Shown in pieces: positions 13,857 through 25,728 of a stretch of 64,000 bases of DNA. Within the stretch, counting starts at the first letter, position 1, and each line of letters opens with the position of its first letter. A program made the translations under genes and the position numbers. The stretch lies in contig JBLDXI010000002.1 of assembly GCA_047495785.1 (NCBI GenBank), forward strand, positions 62,001 through 126,000, given 5' to 3'. This DNA comes from Lepidodermella squamata. Its lineage: Eukaryota; Animalia; Gastrotricha. Below the pieces are notes generated by a model. It had not been told where the DNA came from, made no database searches, and worked only from the letters and a program-made list of their open reading frames with translations.

Positions 13857-15175
13857 ATGGAACGATTTTTGCTAAGTATGTGGTACCTGCTTTTTTTCCA
13901 GGCTCTCGTATCATCGGCCGATAACTATAACACGACTTTCAAGATGGAGGAATTACAGGAGAAATTCTTCGAGTTGTGTCCTATAGCCAGGTCGAACAAT
14001 CTCCCATCGGCTAACCATCTCCAGACCGACAACTATTCATTGCCTATTCAAAGCTACTTGTCATCCAAGATATTACAGATAATTGAAGTCGATGATTCAT
14101 CGATGAGGTGAATCTTCTGCTTGAAAATCCGTTCCTTGTTTTACTGTTTTACTTTTACTGTAAAAGCATGATGGTTACAATGACTTTCCGAATGACGTGG
14201 GACATTCCATGCGGTCGAGATATCAGGGCTGAGCTCATTCCTGGTTACAGCAAGCTTCCACCGAAACGGATTGAACGATTTCAATTTGAAATTCCGGCCA
14301 ACTCCGTTTGGTGGCCGGATATGCAGCATATCAACGCTATTGGGGAGTCGAGACCACTGAGAAAGTAAGGCAGCATTTCCTCACTCTTTTTGAGAAGCTT
14401 TTAAACGAGCTTCATTCTTCATAAATGCTTTTTCTCAAATTTTTCCAGCGAGAATTTCATCAAAGTGAGACCTCTCCGATATCCGGGACCCAAGTATATG
14501 ATTTACTGCGTCCGATCGTTCACCTCAATGTGTTTCGGCTTCAAGTACACGAAATTTCCATTCGACACAGCGTCGTGCAGTTTCGAGTTCGAAAGCGAAA
14601 ACGTCTCCGAAGAACTAGCGATTACTATCGAATTGTCTGACATTGTGTCCAGCTTCTCCTCTCTGCGAAACGACGACATCTGGTCGCTAGTTAGCTACAA
14701 CGGAACAATGTTCACATCAGTTGGATATCCACATATAACTCTTACGCTAAAACTGAAGCGAAAATACTACTATTTTGTAGCGAATGTATTTGTGCCGACG
14801 ATAACTTTGTACCTACTGCAAATAGCTGGCCTGTTCATGGAACCTCGGCATCCGGATAGACCGACTTTCTGCGTGACTGTGAATCTTGCCTTAGCTGTGC
14901 TCTTGAGTCTGATTTTCTCACTGATTCCTAGAACTTCAGAGGAGGTCTATTTGATTAATATTGTCACAATTTTTATGGTTGTTTGCGCTCTCATCACCGT
15001 GTATACTCTGCTTGCTTGCTGCCTGAGCAAGATGTCTATCGGGAAGCGGTTGTATTTCCAAAAATTCAGAGGTGGTGTGAGATGCATTCGATTAGCTGAT
15101 TTTCTGACTGCGAGTATGTCTCTTTTTATTGGCATTGGAGTTCTGATGTTTTACCTTCAAAAAATGCTTGAGTAA
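13857..15175 (+). CDS. Divergent Cys-loop ligand-gated ion channel subunit L4; exons 13857-14107, 14167-14364, 14449-15175
   Basis: Same exon structure and motifs as L2/L3. Confidence 0.9.
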
Positions 15176-15325
15176 GCAAGAGCGTGGAAAATATTCTCCC
15201 TTAATTATTAATGTGTATTAATGTGAGTATTGAGTATTAAGTATAAATGTGACAATATTGACGGGTTTCGGGAGTAAATTTCGAAATAGGCAATAAAGAA
15301 TGTTTTACAAAATTCCACCTTAAAG

Positions 15326-16543
15326 ATGACATTTCCAAGATCTACGTCATCCCCCAGAATTGATTATCGAACTGCCATGAAGGAGACATGGATTAGCTTT
15401 GCGTCCAGCCTTCTTTCCGTTCTCTTGTTGAACGAGCAGCTGTATGCGAATGCTAGCTATCTACTACGCAATAAGCGGCAACCAGATGGGTTAAGCCCAA
15501 CACGACCTAGAAGCCCTACCCAGAATTCTGTCACCGAGCATTTTCCGCCTGTAGCTCAAATGATCATCAACGGCTCTCCGCCCTCGCCAACTGCCTCGGA
15601 GCTATCTGATGAGGCATTCCTCGATTCTCTTGGGCCGAATCCTGAGATTGAAAGAGGTTATGAAGAATCGCAATCGAAATTTGATGTGCTAATCGATATG
15701 ACTCAAGCCATCCAAGAAGAAAGAGATTATGTGCCAAAGGTGGTTCAAAACACAGCCCCCGAAGCCGAGCCATCACTACCGAGAAGAGATTCAATGAAAA
15801 GACTTCGCCCACTGAACCATGACGGATCGATGGAGAGCTTAGCACCCAGTCCTCTACTGCCACCGGCTAGAGATCACAATAAACCGTCAGTTCCAGCGGA
15901 AACTCAAGAAAAGACGGGATCTCAAGAGAATTTGATTAAAAAAGGGTCGTCTGAAAGCTTAAAATCTGACAGTTCTTCGAGTAAAGGCAGTCATTCTGGT
16001 TCTCAGCAGAATTTGCTGTCTTCCACCGAGCTAGTAGACTTGCCATCTTTGCCAGATTCTCAAAAGAAAAGTTGGAAGGAAACAATTAAGAAAGCATGGC
16101 AGGCTCACAAGTTTTACATTGGCTTATTCATCGGTGCTGTTTTAGGCGCTGCTATAACCGTGGGCATCTATACCCTGGTAAATAAGCCTACTTCCGACTC
16201 AAAAACATCACCGGCAGTCAGCAAGAAGGCGAATAACTGGAAAGATTTCGATAATAAAGCTCGAATCGACATATTGCAGAAGGTAAATAGGGGCGTTGAA
16301 GGTCGGATGATAGGAAAATGGTCCGAGGACGGTTTACTAACAACGATTGCTCGAAATTTCGGCGAAGAGGACAACCTTTTCATAAAAGGAGCGCTGATGG
16401 CCCGCAATTTCATCATGCTAGGCCCTGTTGTCAGCATTAATACATTGCCTCGGCCAAACTCGAGATTCCTAACTTCGGATAAGTATATTCATTATCACAC
16501 GGCATACGGGTTTGATAGCTATGATGGGGGAAGATCGGATTAA
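15326..16543 (+). CDS. Family X copy X3: intronless orphan single-TM protein (probable start MKETW ~15378)
   Basis: Hydrophobic leader, RNKR site, Ser-rich GSQQNL/KGSSESL region, KKSWKE amphipathic stretch, TM FYIGLFIGAVLGAAITVGIYTLV, conserved C-domain. Confidence 0.8.
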   Translation: MTFPRSTSSPRIDYRTAMKETWISFASSLLSVLLLNEQLYANASYLLRNKRQPDGLSPTRPRSPTQNSVTEHFPPVAQMIINGSPPSPTASELSDEAFLDSLGPNPEIERGYEESQSKFDVLIDMTQAIQEERDYVPKVVQNTAPEAEPSLPRRDSMKRLRPLNHDGSMESLAPSPLLPPARDHNKPSVPAETQEKTGSQENLIKKGSSESLKSDSSSSKGSHSGSQQNLLSSTELVDLPSLPDSQKKSWKETIKKAWQAHKFYIGLFIGAVLGAAITVGIYTLVNKPTSDSKTSPAVSKKANNWKDFDNKARIDILQKVNRGVEGRMIGKWSEDGLLTTIARNFGEEDNLFIKGALMARNFIMLGPVVSINTLPRPNSRFLTSDKYIHYHTAYGFDSYDGGRSD

Positions 16544-16829
16544 TAAAAATGTTTTTAAACCGAAACAAAAATCGCATTGTACTTGGAAATACTGACATTT
16601 AACGAATTTGAACTCCAATGTGACAATAAATCCGTGAAATGGGTGGTTTTGGAACGTTCGGTAATCATTTCTCGATTGAAAAGCTCCACCTTAAATATTA
16701 TAATATCAACGAAATTCCAGCCTGCTTGCTCTGGGAACGAAAGCATGAAGAGCTATATCGTTAAACAGCGTATATCAATTGTTCTTTCCTTACTGCTATT
16801 AAATGAACAAATACTAGTTCGAGGCAACT

Positions 16830-18923
16830 TCTTTTTTTTTTTTTTTATTTACATAATCTTTCGGGTGCGTACTCATGGTTATAACGACATCCCTAGTTCG
16901 TTCATATAGCATTTGAAAAGGTCAATATCAACAATTTCCGGAAAGCAGGTTTTCGGTATTCCGTTCCATAGTTGTATAGTGGTAAATGCGTACCGAAAAC
17001 AAACAACTGGGTACTGCGAAGAAATGGACTTAGTGTTGCGGAATGGACGATGGCTTTGAAAATGTCGACTAACACGGCTCCAGTTAGAGGTGTACCGGGT
17101 GTCAGCCAGGACGGACGCCAGTGCCGCCGATGCGGCGCTGAGATTGAATCCCTAGCACACGTTCTGGGCGCCTGCCCCTTTAACTCGCTGCTGATAACGT
17201 CGAGGCACAACAAAATCCGCCAGAAGATTGCTTTGGAACTACGACGCCAAGGATACAACGTCACTGTATAGCCGAAAACGGATCCTCTCGGCGTTTTGAT
17301 ATATTGGCATTTCGAAGAGGAAGCAGACATGGAGCAATCATCGACCCCACAATTAGATTTGAATCATCAGAAGGTCAATTCGGAGATGTCGACATTGAGA
17401 AGCGTTCGATCTACGAGCCGTGTAGCAAGTTCATCTGCGAAGCCTTTGATTTGGACTCGATAGAAGTACACGGCCTTTATATCGGCACACGGGGCTCGCT
17501 AACCAAAGAAGCGATCCAATTACTTCAAGATTACGGAATCAGCAGCAGTACAGCTGTTGATATGGCCCATCAAATCCTTAAGGATAGCATTAGGATCCTG
17601 AATAATCATCTTTACTCAAATAGCCAACCTACTCAAAGACGCTAACTAATCAATCAATCAAGCAATTAATTCATCAATTAATCTCATCAAATTATAAACT
17701 TAATAATTTATAATCCTGTGTCTCAAAGGCAATGTTATAGTTTGTATATAACACAGTATACCAATAAAAGGTTTTCTCTCTCGACTCTCTCGTAGGGCTT
17801 GATGTTCCGCTGCTGGTTTGACGGTTTCGCTAGGCAGATTTGATGGTGGTGTTTTGCTGCCGATGCCCTGGTACCGGTTTTCCTCACAAAGATGCGTCTG
17901 AATTTTGATCTGACTTGCTTCGTTCCGCGACCCGCCACGATTATCTTGTAGAGGTAGGTCATTACTCCTACATACCGTCGTCTACCCAGTGTTTGTAAGC
18001 TCGCTCCGGTGATGTTGCAAAATCTCGTCTGGACGGCATCGAGTTTTTCCAGTGTTGAAGGGGCGGCCGCGAACGAATAGGGGACCATGCCAAACTCGAT
18101 GAATGGCAACACATAGGTTTTGTATGCATTTTCGAGCTGTCGTAGGGACATGAAGGGTCGTAGACGCAGGAGCTGCGTTATCGCCGTGTTTGCTCTTCCG
18201 ATTTTTTGCTTGATGCAGGATTCCATCGACAGCTTCGAGTCTAAGACTAGTCCAAGGAGTGTCGTCGTTTCGATGTTGACTTGATCATCCTCATGGTGCG
18301 TTTCTTCCTCAGCATTAGCTTTCCTGCCTTTTGCGCCACTGTTGAAGCGTGGGTATGAGAATTTCGTATCTACGCGCTTTTTTGGGTCCATCGATACGCG
18401 GTGTGACTGAGCCCATCGTGCTGCACTCGCTTCAGCCATATCGACGTCTCTTAGTGATGCACTGCCAAAATTAAAATCGTCCGCAAAGGTATACGGCTCC
18501 GGTGGCCGGTAACCCAATTCCCTACTGGGGCGCGTGACTGATCGGCTTATGCCACCGTAGAAGACTAGCCATAGAGATGGCCCGAGTGCGCTTCCTTGAC
18601 AGATACCTGCAGCTTCCTCACGCACGCTCGAAGCAGCTCCAGCAACTAGCACTCGAAAGGACCTGTCGCTCAAGTATGACTTGATGAGAGCGTGTACTTT
18701 TCCTTGGATGCCGGCTCGCCAGAGAATGTCTAGTAGCAACAGGCGATCGACCCGATCGAAGGCGCCACTGACATCCGTTTGTCTGAGGATAAAATCCTGC
18801 CGTTGGTTACTTGTGCTGATGATATCGATAATCACGGAGAGTTGCGTATCCGTACATCCACAGCCCACCAAGAATGCAGCTTGCTCAGGTGGAATGGCTC
18901 CATTTGAAATCGCCGAAAATTGC
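16830..18923 (-). mobile_element. 5'-truncated non-LTR retrotransposon (RT of CR1/L2-like type) with poly(A) tail, itself interrupted at ~16990-17785
   Basis: RT motifs DVSGAFDRV, GICQGSALGPSLW, FADD, LLGLVLDSKL. The C-terminus AFTTIQLWNGIPKTCFPEIVDIDLFKCYMNELGMSL* resumes on the other side of the nested insert, followed by AATAAA and poly(A) (poly-T on + at ~16830-16845). Confidence 0.85.
16990..17785 (+). mobile_element. 3' fragment of a restriction-like-endonuclease (RLE; R2/R4/NeSL/HERO-type) non-LTR retrotransposon, degenerate
   Basis: CCHC knuckle CRRCGAEIESLAHVLGAC, RHNKI, IIDPTIRFE..K..Y. Stop at 17269-17271 plus a frameshift; 3' UTR with AATAAA at ~17763. Confidence 0.8.
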
Positions 18924-20268
18924 GAATGCAAGCGAATTTGCGTGAGATAGTCCAACCGTCAACTATACCAGCCGCCGATCCGCCGAGGATTCCTTCTGCA
19001 GCGAAACTCAATACCGAAGGGTCCATAGAAAGCCTAGTGCCTGACAATGTTCAAGAAAGTGACCAAGGCCAAGCTTTACATGGTTCCGAGCAAAGCTTAA
19101 GCCGCCATGGTTCCAAAGATAACCTGACACCACTAGCCTTCAGCAATCTCGCAGATGAATCCAGTCCTTCTGGTTCTCAACAAAATCTGGTTAAAACAGG
19201 ATCTGTTGAGAGCTTATCATCCACTTCAGGTAAAGGAAGCCCTTCTAATTCTCAAAGAGGGTCCGTGGAAAACTTAGCACCCAACAATCCTTCTGGCCAA
19301 GCTAGTCCTACTGGTTCTCAACAAAGTTTGGTCAGAAAAGGATCTGCGGACAGCTTATTATCTACTTCAGGTAAAGGTAGCCCTTCTGGTTCTCAGAGCA
19401 ATTTGGTGGTTCCTGGCATAGACGAGCAGGTAAATTCCCAAGTGTTAACAGATCCTCAGAAGAAAAGCTGGAAGGAAATAATCAGGAATGCCTGGGCAAC
19501 AAGGAAACTGTACATAGGCTTGATCGTCGGAGGCATTTTAGCTTCAGTTGCCATTGGCGTTGGCATCTATTACCTGGCGAAGTACTTGATTTCGCTCAAT
19601 GAAACACCTCCACCAGCAGTGAAGCCGACGAGAAACTGGAAGGATCTTGACAATAAAGCTCGTATAGATGTTTTGCGACAGTCGAACAGGGACGTCGAAG
19701 GTCGAATTGCTGGAAGACGATCCGAAGACAATTTGATAACGAAGATTGCGCGCAATTCTGATAGCGGAGACAACATCGTTATACAAGGAGCACTGACCGC
19801 TCGCAATTTCATGATGCAGGGACCGGTTGTCATCATTAACACACTGCCTATGCCAGATTACACCTTAATTGCAGCAGACAACTTCCTCAATTACGAAAAG
19901 AGTAATGTGATCGATGACTACCATGGAGGCAGCGTGTTTGTGACTAAATAAATGAGATCAAAAGTGTTTGAGCTAATCGGAGAGATATCATGAGATTAAC
20001 TTTGTTAAGTAGCCACAAGCATCTCAAACAATGGGAAGACCAAGATGCAAATTCTGAAATCGGACTTGCTGTTTTTGCTTATTGCCCTTAGGCCTTAGGA
20101 TATGTACCGAAGGTTTAAGATCTAAACTGATAATGCTTTTTTCGGATAGGATAATTCGTAAACAAATAACAAATATAACAATTAGGGAATACCCTATGGC
20201 AAACCATAGAGAAATATAATTTCCTCCCGATCTGGAACCCCTCGATTCGTTTGGCTATTCCCATATAG

Positions 20269-20722
20269 CAGGGCTTCTCAATACCTGACCCTCGGCGACC
20301 CCAAAATTTACATTCTCACCAGGCTGCGACCCCTACCGATTTTTTTTTTATTTTTATGGTTTTTTGGTGTAGCAAAAGATGCCTCAAATTCCGAAATTCT
20401 ACGACAAAATGGTCAAATATTGCACAATTTAGATCCATTTTTCTAAAAATTTCCTGAAACTTCTACATATTTGAAGTTCCAAGCCGCATTTTCGACCGGT
20501 TTTAAGTCAAATATTGCGGGTGGCGAGCGAAGCGAGCTTTAGCTGACGCTATTTGTCAATAATTTTCTGGAAGAGTGACCATAAAATGAATAAAATCTTC
20601 TAATTTTTTAGTTTTATCAAAATGATCAGTCGACCCCCGCGACCCTTGGACCGGTCCGCGACCCCTCAAAAATTGGCCCGCGACCCCCGCGGGGGTCGCG
20701 ACCCACCGTTTGAGAAGCGCTG
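20269..20722. mobile_element. hAT-type MITE
   Basis: TIRs CAGGGCTTCTCAA...TTGAGAAGCGCTG, perfect 8-bp TSD CCATATAG (20261-20268 and 20723-20730), subterminal CGACCC repeats. Confidence 0.9.
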
Positions 20723-21777
20723 CCATATAGGGTATTCCCTTATTCCCTTCCCATCGGAACTAACTAAATCACGCTATGGTATCATAGTTTTAAACGTTCA
20801 CGCAATGCTTAACTAGCTTCTCGTTAGCGACGCGGCATAAGGGACTATTTGGACGGTAACTTTTTTAACGCTCAGCAAACATAGTACTGAGAAGGAAGTC
20901 CTATTTTTGCCGTCTTTTTTACCGTTCAGTAACTTCATCTCGCCATTGTTCCCAATATTTTACCGTTAACGGCATCCAACTGCAGCACTAAGGCAAACAA
21001 CAGTCACATATACTGTAAACTTGTTTTCTTTGTGTTCACGGAGATCAGTTACAGGAAATCAGGACAACAAGACCACACAATATAGGCAGAAATGTTCTAT
21101 GTTTCGAGCAGACCGAAGGCCGAAAATAAGCGAAACTTTATCTGGTATTCCTCTTTTCTTTTCTCAAGCAAGTTTGTTTCTCACCTCAAAACAGACTCAC
21201 AAAACAGCAGTAATACCAGGACGCTATAGCCAGCTAGCCGTGCGGGCCGTGCGAGCCTTTATCTACCGCTTGCTATCACCATCGGCGTAAAGTATGTCGC
21301 GCTCGCCAGGCGATACTCATGCGAAACGCGAAACACGCAAGATTATGATCTCAAGGTCCGATAAGGTTCACGCGGCGACGCCTGAAAGTGAGAACCCGTC
21401 ATGAACGTCGGAAGAGTTGTTGCCCTTTTTGCTTGGAGCCGCAATTGCTGACGGATATGGCGTTGCGTATCCGTTACAACAACTGGGAGCAATAAAAATT
21501 ATTATCATTAACGTTGTTGTCTTTCCATTTCTCACACAAAGTCTCAGTGAGTGAACTGCGGGAAAGCCGGCAGCTGTCATATTATTACACATTTCTGATT
21601 GTGCGAATTCAAACTCGGCCTGTTCGAATGTGACAATAAATCCATGAAATGGGAGGTTTTGAAAGGTTCAATTGGGATTCAGCAAATGTGGAGCAATAAA
21701 CATTGCCTAATTCAAAAGTCCAACTTAAATGCTATACTACTACGAAATCCCCGCTCACTTGCGTTGGGAACGACAGC

Positions 21778-23145
21778 ATGAAGAGCTATATCGTTAAACA
21801 GGGCACATCCATTGTTCTCTCCTTACTGCTATTGAATGAACAAATACTAGTGCGAGGCAAATTCTTGCTACGTGCCAAGCGGCAGCCGGAAAACCTGAGC
21901 CCAACGAGACCGAGAAGCCCTACTCAAAACCCCAACATCGCGCTTTTGCCGCCTGAAACTCAATTGATAATCCACAGCGCTGATGAAACTGCGTCAATGG
22001 GAAAAGAATTTTATGAAGATTTGATTAAGGTTCGGGATGTGTTTGACCGTCAAGATGAATCGTTAACTAAGATTCATACAGCTCTTAAAAATCTCAATAG
22101 AATGGAAGCGAATTTGCCTGAGATTGTCCAAAAACCGCCCACTGTACCAGCTGCCGATCTGCCGAGGATTCCCTCTTCAACGAAAATCAATACCGAAGGG
22201 TCCATAGAAAGCCTAGTGCCTGACAATGCTCAAGTAAGCGAGCAAGGTCAAGCTCCATTTGGTTCCCACCAAAGCTTAAGCAGCCAAGGTTCTAAACAAA
22301 GCCTGACAGCACTAGCCTTCAACAATCCTGCAGATGAATCTAGTCCTCCCGCTAGTCCTTCTGGCTCTCAACAAAATCTGATTAAAACAGGATCTGCGGA
22401 GAGCTTATCATCTACTTCAGGTAAAGGAAGCCATTCGGGATCTCAAAAAGGGTCCGTGGAAAGCTTAGCGCCCAACAATCCTTCTGATCAAGCTAGCCCT
22501 TCTGGTTCTCAACAAAGTTTGGTCAAAAAAGGATCTGCGGAGAGCTTTTCATCTGCTTCCAGCAAAGGTAGCCCTTCAGGTTCTCAACAAAATCTGGTTG
22601 CTACTGGCATAGACGAGCAAGCTAATTCCCCAGATCCAAATGTGCCTCAGAAGAAAAGCTGGAAGGAAATAATCAGGAACGCCTGGGCGACAAGGAAACT
22701 GTACATTGGGTTAATCGTCGTAGGCGTTGTTGTTTCAGCAGTTATCCTTGGCGTTGGCATCCATTATCTGGTAGCGTACTTGAATTCGCGCAATGAAACA
22801 CCTCCACCAGCAGTGAAGCCGACGAAAAACTGGAAGGATCTTGATAATAAAGCTCGTATAGATGTTTTGCGACAGTCGAACAGGGACGTCGAAGGTCGAA
22901 TTATTGGAAGACGATCCGAGGACAATTTGATAACGAAGATTGCGCGAAATTCCGGTAGCGGAGACAACATCGTTATGCAAGGAGCGCTGACCGCTCGCAA
23001 TTTCATGATGCAGGGCCCTGTTGTTATCATTAACACACTGCCCAGGCCGGATTTTAACTTTATTGCTTCAGATAACTTCCTCTTTAACGAAAAAAGTAGT
23101 GAGGTCGATTACTACGATGGGGGAAGCGTGCATATGACTAAATAA
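21778..23145 (+). CDS. Family X copy X5: intact intronless orphan single-TM protein (~455 aa)
   Basis: Open frame from MKSYIVKQG; RAKR site; GSQQ/KGSAESL repeats; TM LYIGLIVVGVVVSAVILGVGIHYLVAYL; conserved C-domain ending YYDGGSVHMTK. Confidence 0.85.
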   Translation: MKSYIVKQGTSIVLSLLLLNEQILVRGKFLLRAKRQPENLSPTRPRSPTQNPNIALLPPETQLIIHSADETASMGKEFYEDLIKVRDVFDRQDESLTKIHTALKNLNRMEANLPEIVQKPPTVPAADLPRIPSSTKINTEGSIESLVPDNAQVSEQGQAPFGSHQSLSSQGSKQSLTALAFNNPADESSPPASPSGSQQNLIKTGSAESLSSTSGKGSHSGSQKGSVESLAPNNPSDQASPSGSQQSLVKKGSAESFSSASSKGSPSGSQQNLVATGIDEQANSPDPNVPQKKSWKEIIRNAWATRKLYIGLIVVGVVVSAVILGVGIHYLVAYLNSRNETPPPAVKPTKNWKDLDNKARIDVLRQSNRDVEGRIIGRRSEDNLITKIARNSGSGDNIVMQGALTARNFMMQGPVVIINTLPRPDFNFIASDNFLFNEKSSEVDYYDGGSVHMTK

Positions 23146-23661
23146 ATGAGATTGAAACTTGTGTGAACTTATTAGACAGAACTTGAGAGATTAAGCATGT
23201 TAATAAATAGCCACAAAATTCTCAAGCCCATCATTGGAACCAACTTAACCGCGATGGGATCATAGTTTCAAACGTTTACGCAATTCTCAACTTGTTTCTG
23301 AAGTTCCACCCCCTAATCTTGTCAGGGAAACAAGACTTGGCCAGGCACTACTCTATACTTTATTGTGAATGAACATTGATCATTGGAATTCAAGGCCTTA
23401 AATATTAGCGATACAAATCTAAGTCGAACACGCGATCACTTCCTGATTAGATATCACATGAGAATCACAATATTGTTCTTAGTCATTGCGTAGATGCCAG
23501 CCGCCACCCGGCACATCGTTACAAATCTCTAGCAATCGCGTACCGGTTACGTCAATGCTGTTATATTGACTAGCTATCATTCTCATTTTGCATGGCTGAT
23601 TGTTTTGATCGAAATTGAGCGACATGGATAGATGGCGCGAGGAAGATCGCAGACAGTTCAG

Positions 23662-23671
23662 GTAGCCAATC
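23662..23671 (+). promoter_or_regulatory. Candidate CCAAT box (GTAGCCAATC) recurring upstream of the EGF-lectin genes
   Basis: Same motif at ~27151, 27594, 30626, 33393, 33827, 37632 and 43362, upstream of the paralog ATGs. Confidence 0.4.
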
Positions 23672-23959
23672 GATACGACACTGAGAATCGCAATGAATTC
23701 TGAATATTTAATTGCAAATTCAAAACATTTGCCGCTGTCTAAGAAAGCTTCGAACACCCTGGGAAGAGGGAAAATAAAGTAGAAAATAAATCGCTATCAT
23801 TCTCTTTTTCACACCTATGGATAAACAATTTGATGCCATGGAGACTGCAGACTGCGTGAAGACCTGATCGATAGCAAATGTGATAATTAAAGAAGGATAA
23901 TTAAATAAAAATCCAGACAATTTCTTGCGTTCTCATCAAAAAGAATTTCAGCAGTCAAA

Positions 23960-25728
23960 ATGAACATTGCATCATTCGTTTTCTTTGTGCTTAGTAGCAT
24001 CGCCGAAGTATTGATGGCGCAGAGTAATATCGAACCCCCTTTCATAATATGATCTAACTATTCAAGTTTACCAGTCACTTGTTCGCCACCATGCCAGCCT
24101 CGAGGCGGCGCATGCACAGCCCAAAATGTTTGCTCGTGTTTAGCTCGTTTCACTGGGCAGGATTGCTCGATCCGTATGGGCTGTGGCCAGTTTTGAAAAC
24201 AAAGAAGACCTTTGAATTTTGCAGCCATTGGCACGCCGCTGTCGGATCCTGCTAGCTATTTGCCGCTATATTCGTTTCTTGGAGTGAACTACGGTATGTG
24301 GATTGCTAAGATGAACTAAGAAATGAATAGGTTTCTTTCAGCCGACAATTGGTGGATTAGCAGTAACAGGAATCTGAATAACTCAGCATCTTGGCCGGTA
24401 AATCTCCTCGGGGTGGAGATGAGTACGTCAACTGGCTTCTGGAGTAAGGCGGTGAGGATTGGAGCAGCATTACATTTCTTTCTAATCTACTAACATCCAA
24501 CAGACCATGCCATTCACCGATTTTTCAATCAACGTCACCATAATGGCCGATTATGCATCGGGCAGTGGCTTCGATGCATATGGTATAGTAGTCACCTCGA
24601 ATTCCGGAACAGTATCCTATCCTATAGGTGCTGTGGCAACTGGGAACAACTTCACGGGTCTACTAATTCGCGCGATGCGATACAACGACAATTTCAACAT
24701 AATAAGCTCGCCCACGAGTATCAGCGCGAACTTCTCAAGTTTGATGACATGCTATCTGTAAGCTGGCTGAATGTGCTTTCTTTGCAGGGGACGTTCAACC
24801 GAGAATAGCGCTGGGCGGAGACACATGGGTCAAAGGTCTGCAACACATTGGCCTGGTTATTCGCAATGGTTCAGTTCTCTGGATGGACATCTGCACTTTC
24901 AGCGCCTGTCGGGCTGTTTTTACTAATCTGGTACTTCCGAGATTTCTACCACTCACGGATCCGAGCGTGCAGAGGCCGGTTATTGGGCTAATTGCCTACA
25001 ATTTCGGCTTCAGGACGCCTATACAGGTCATTGATCTGAGGTTCTACCCGCTAAGTGAGCTCCGAAGCGGAATAGGCTTTGAATTTGAAAAACGAAATAA
25101 TTTGTCACAGATTGGACGATTGATTCTGGGCCAGGTTTTAAGCCAACCTGTAACCCCAGCTGCGCGAATAAAGGCGTTTGCTACGGCACTAATAAATGCA
25201 TCTGCAGACCAGGCTGGACTGGCCAGTTTTGCACAAACCGTTAGTTTTATGAATTTACCTTATTCAATAATTAGTACTTAGTTACGGAAAGGGCTGGACC
25301 TAGATTGAAATCTGGGACCTTGGTACAGGCCTATGGCTATTAACGCCTAATATCTGAACTGTTTTGGCACGGCTAGGTTCAATCGTTTAGGCCTGAACTG
25401 ATTCGCTGTTAGCGTGGGCAGTAAACAAGTGTAACCTTCATTTAAAGAAAAAATCTCTGTTTACAACTAGAAATATGCGGAACCACGCAGAAACCTTGTT
25501 CTCAGTTTGCTTACTGCTCAGCTCCTAACACGTGCACATGTTTCGACAAATGGAAAACGGGCCCTGATTGTTTACAAAGTAAGGAGTTCCCAATATATTA
25601 ATATTTGACTTACAAAGCCCCAATCGCTAGCATTTTGTGACTGCAAAGAGGCGAAGAGATGTGCTGTCTTGCTCTGCGACTGCCCTGATGGTTCCCAGCG
25701 TCGAGACTGTAATGCCAATGATGACTGA
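23960..25728 (+). CDS. Secreted EGF + L-type-lectin-like protein E2 (one N-terminal EGF; 'A type')
   Basis: Multi-exon paralog of E1; signal MNIASFVFFVLSSIAEVLMAQ; ends RRDCNANDD*. Confidence 0.8.

Larger units (their letters stand above)
16745..19951 (+). pseudogene. Family X copy X4, interrupted by a retroelement (5' part 16745-~16830; 3' part 18924-19951)
   Basis: MKSYIVKQRISIVLSLLLLNEQILVRG matches the X5 N-terminus, then a poly-T tract follows. Homology to X5 resumes at 18924 (RMQANLREIVQ). Confidence 0.85.

Noticed and set aside
499-15175. Assigning nAChR gene symbols to the channel genes
   Set aside because: They lack the ACh-binding signature, and orthology cannot be established by eye.
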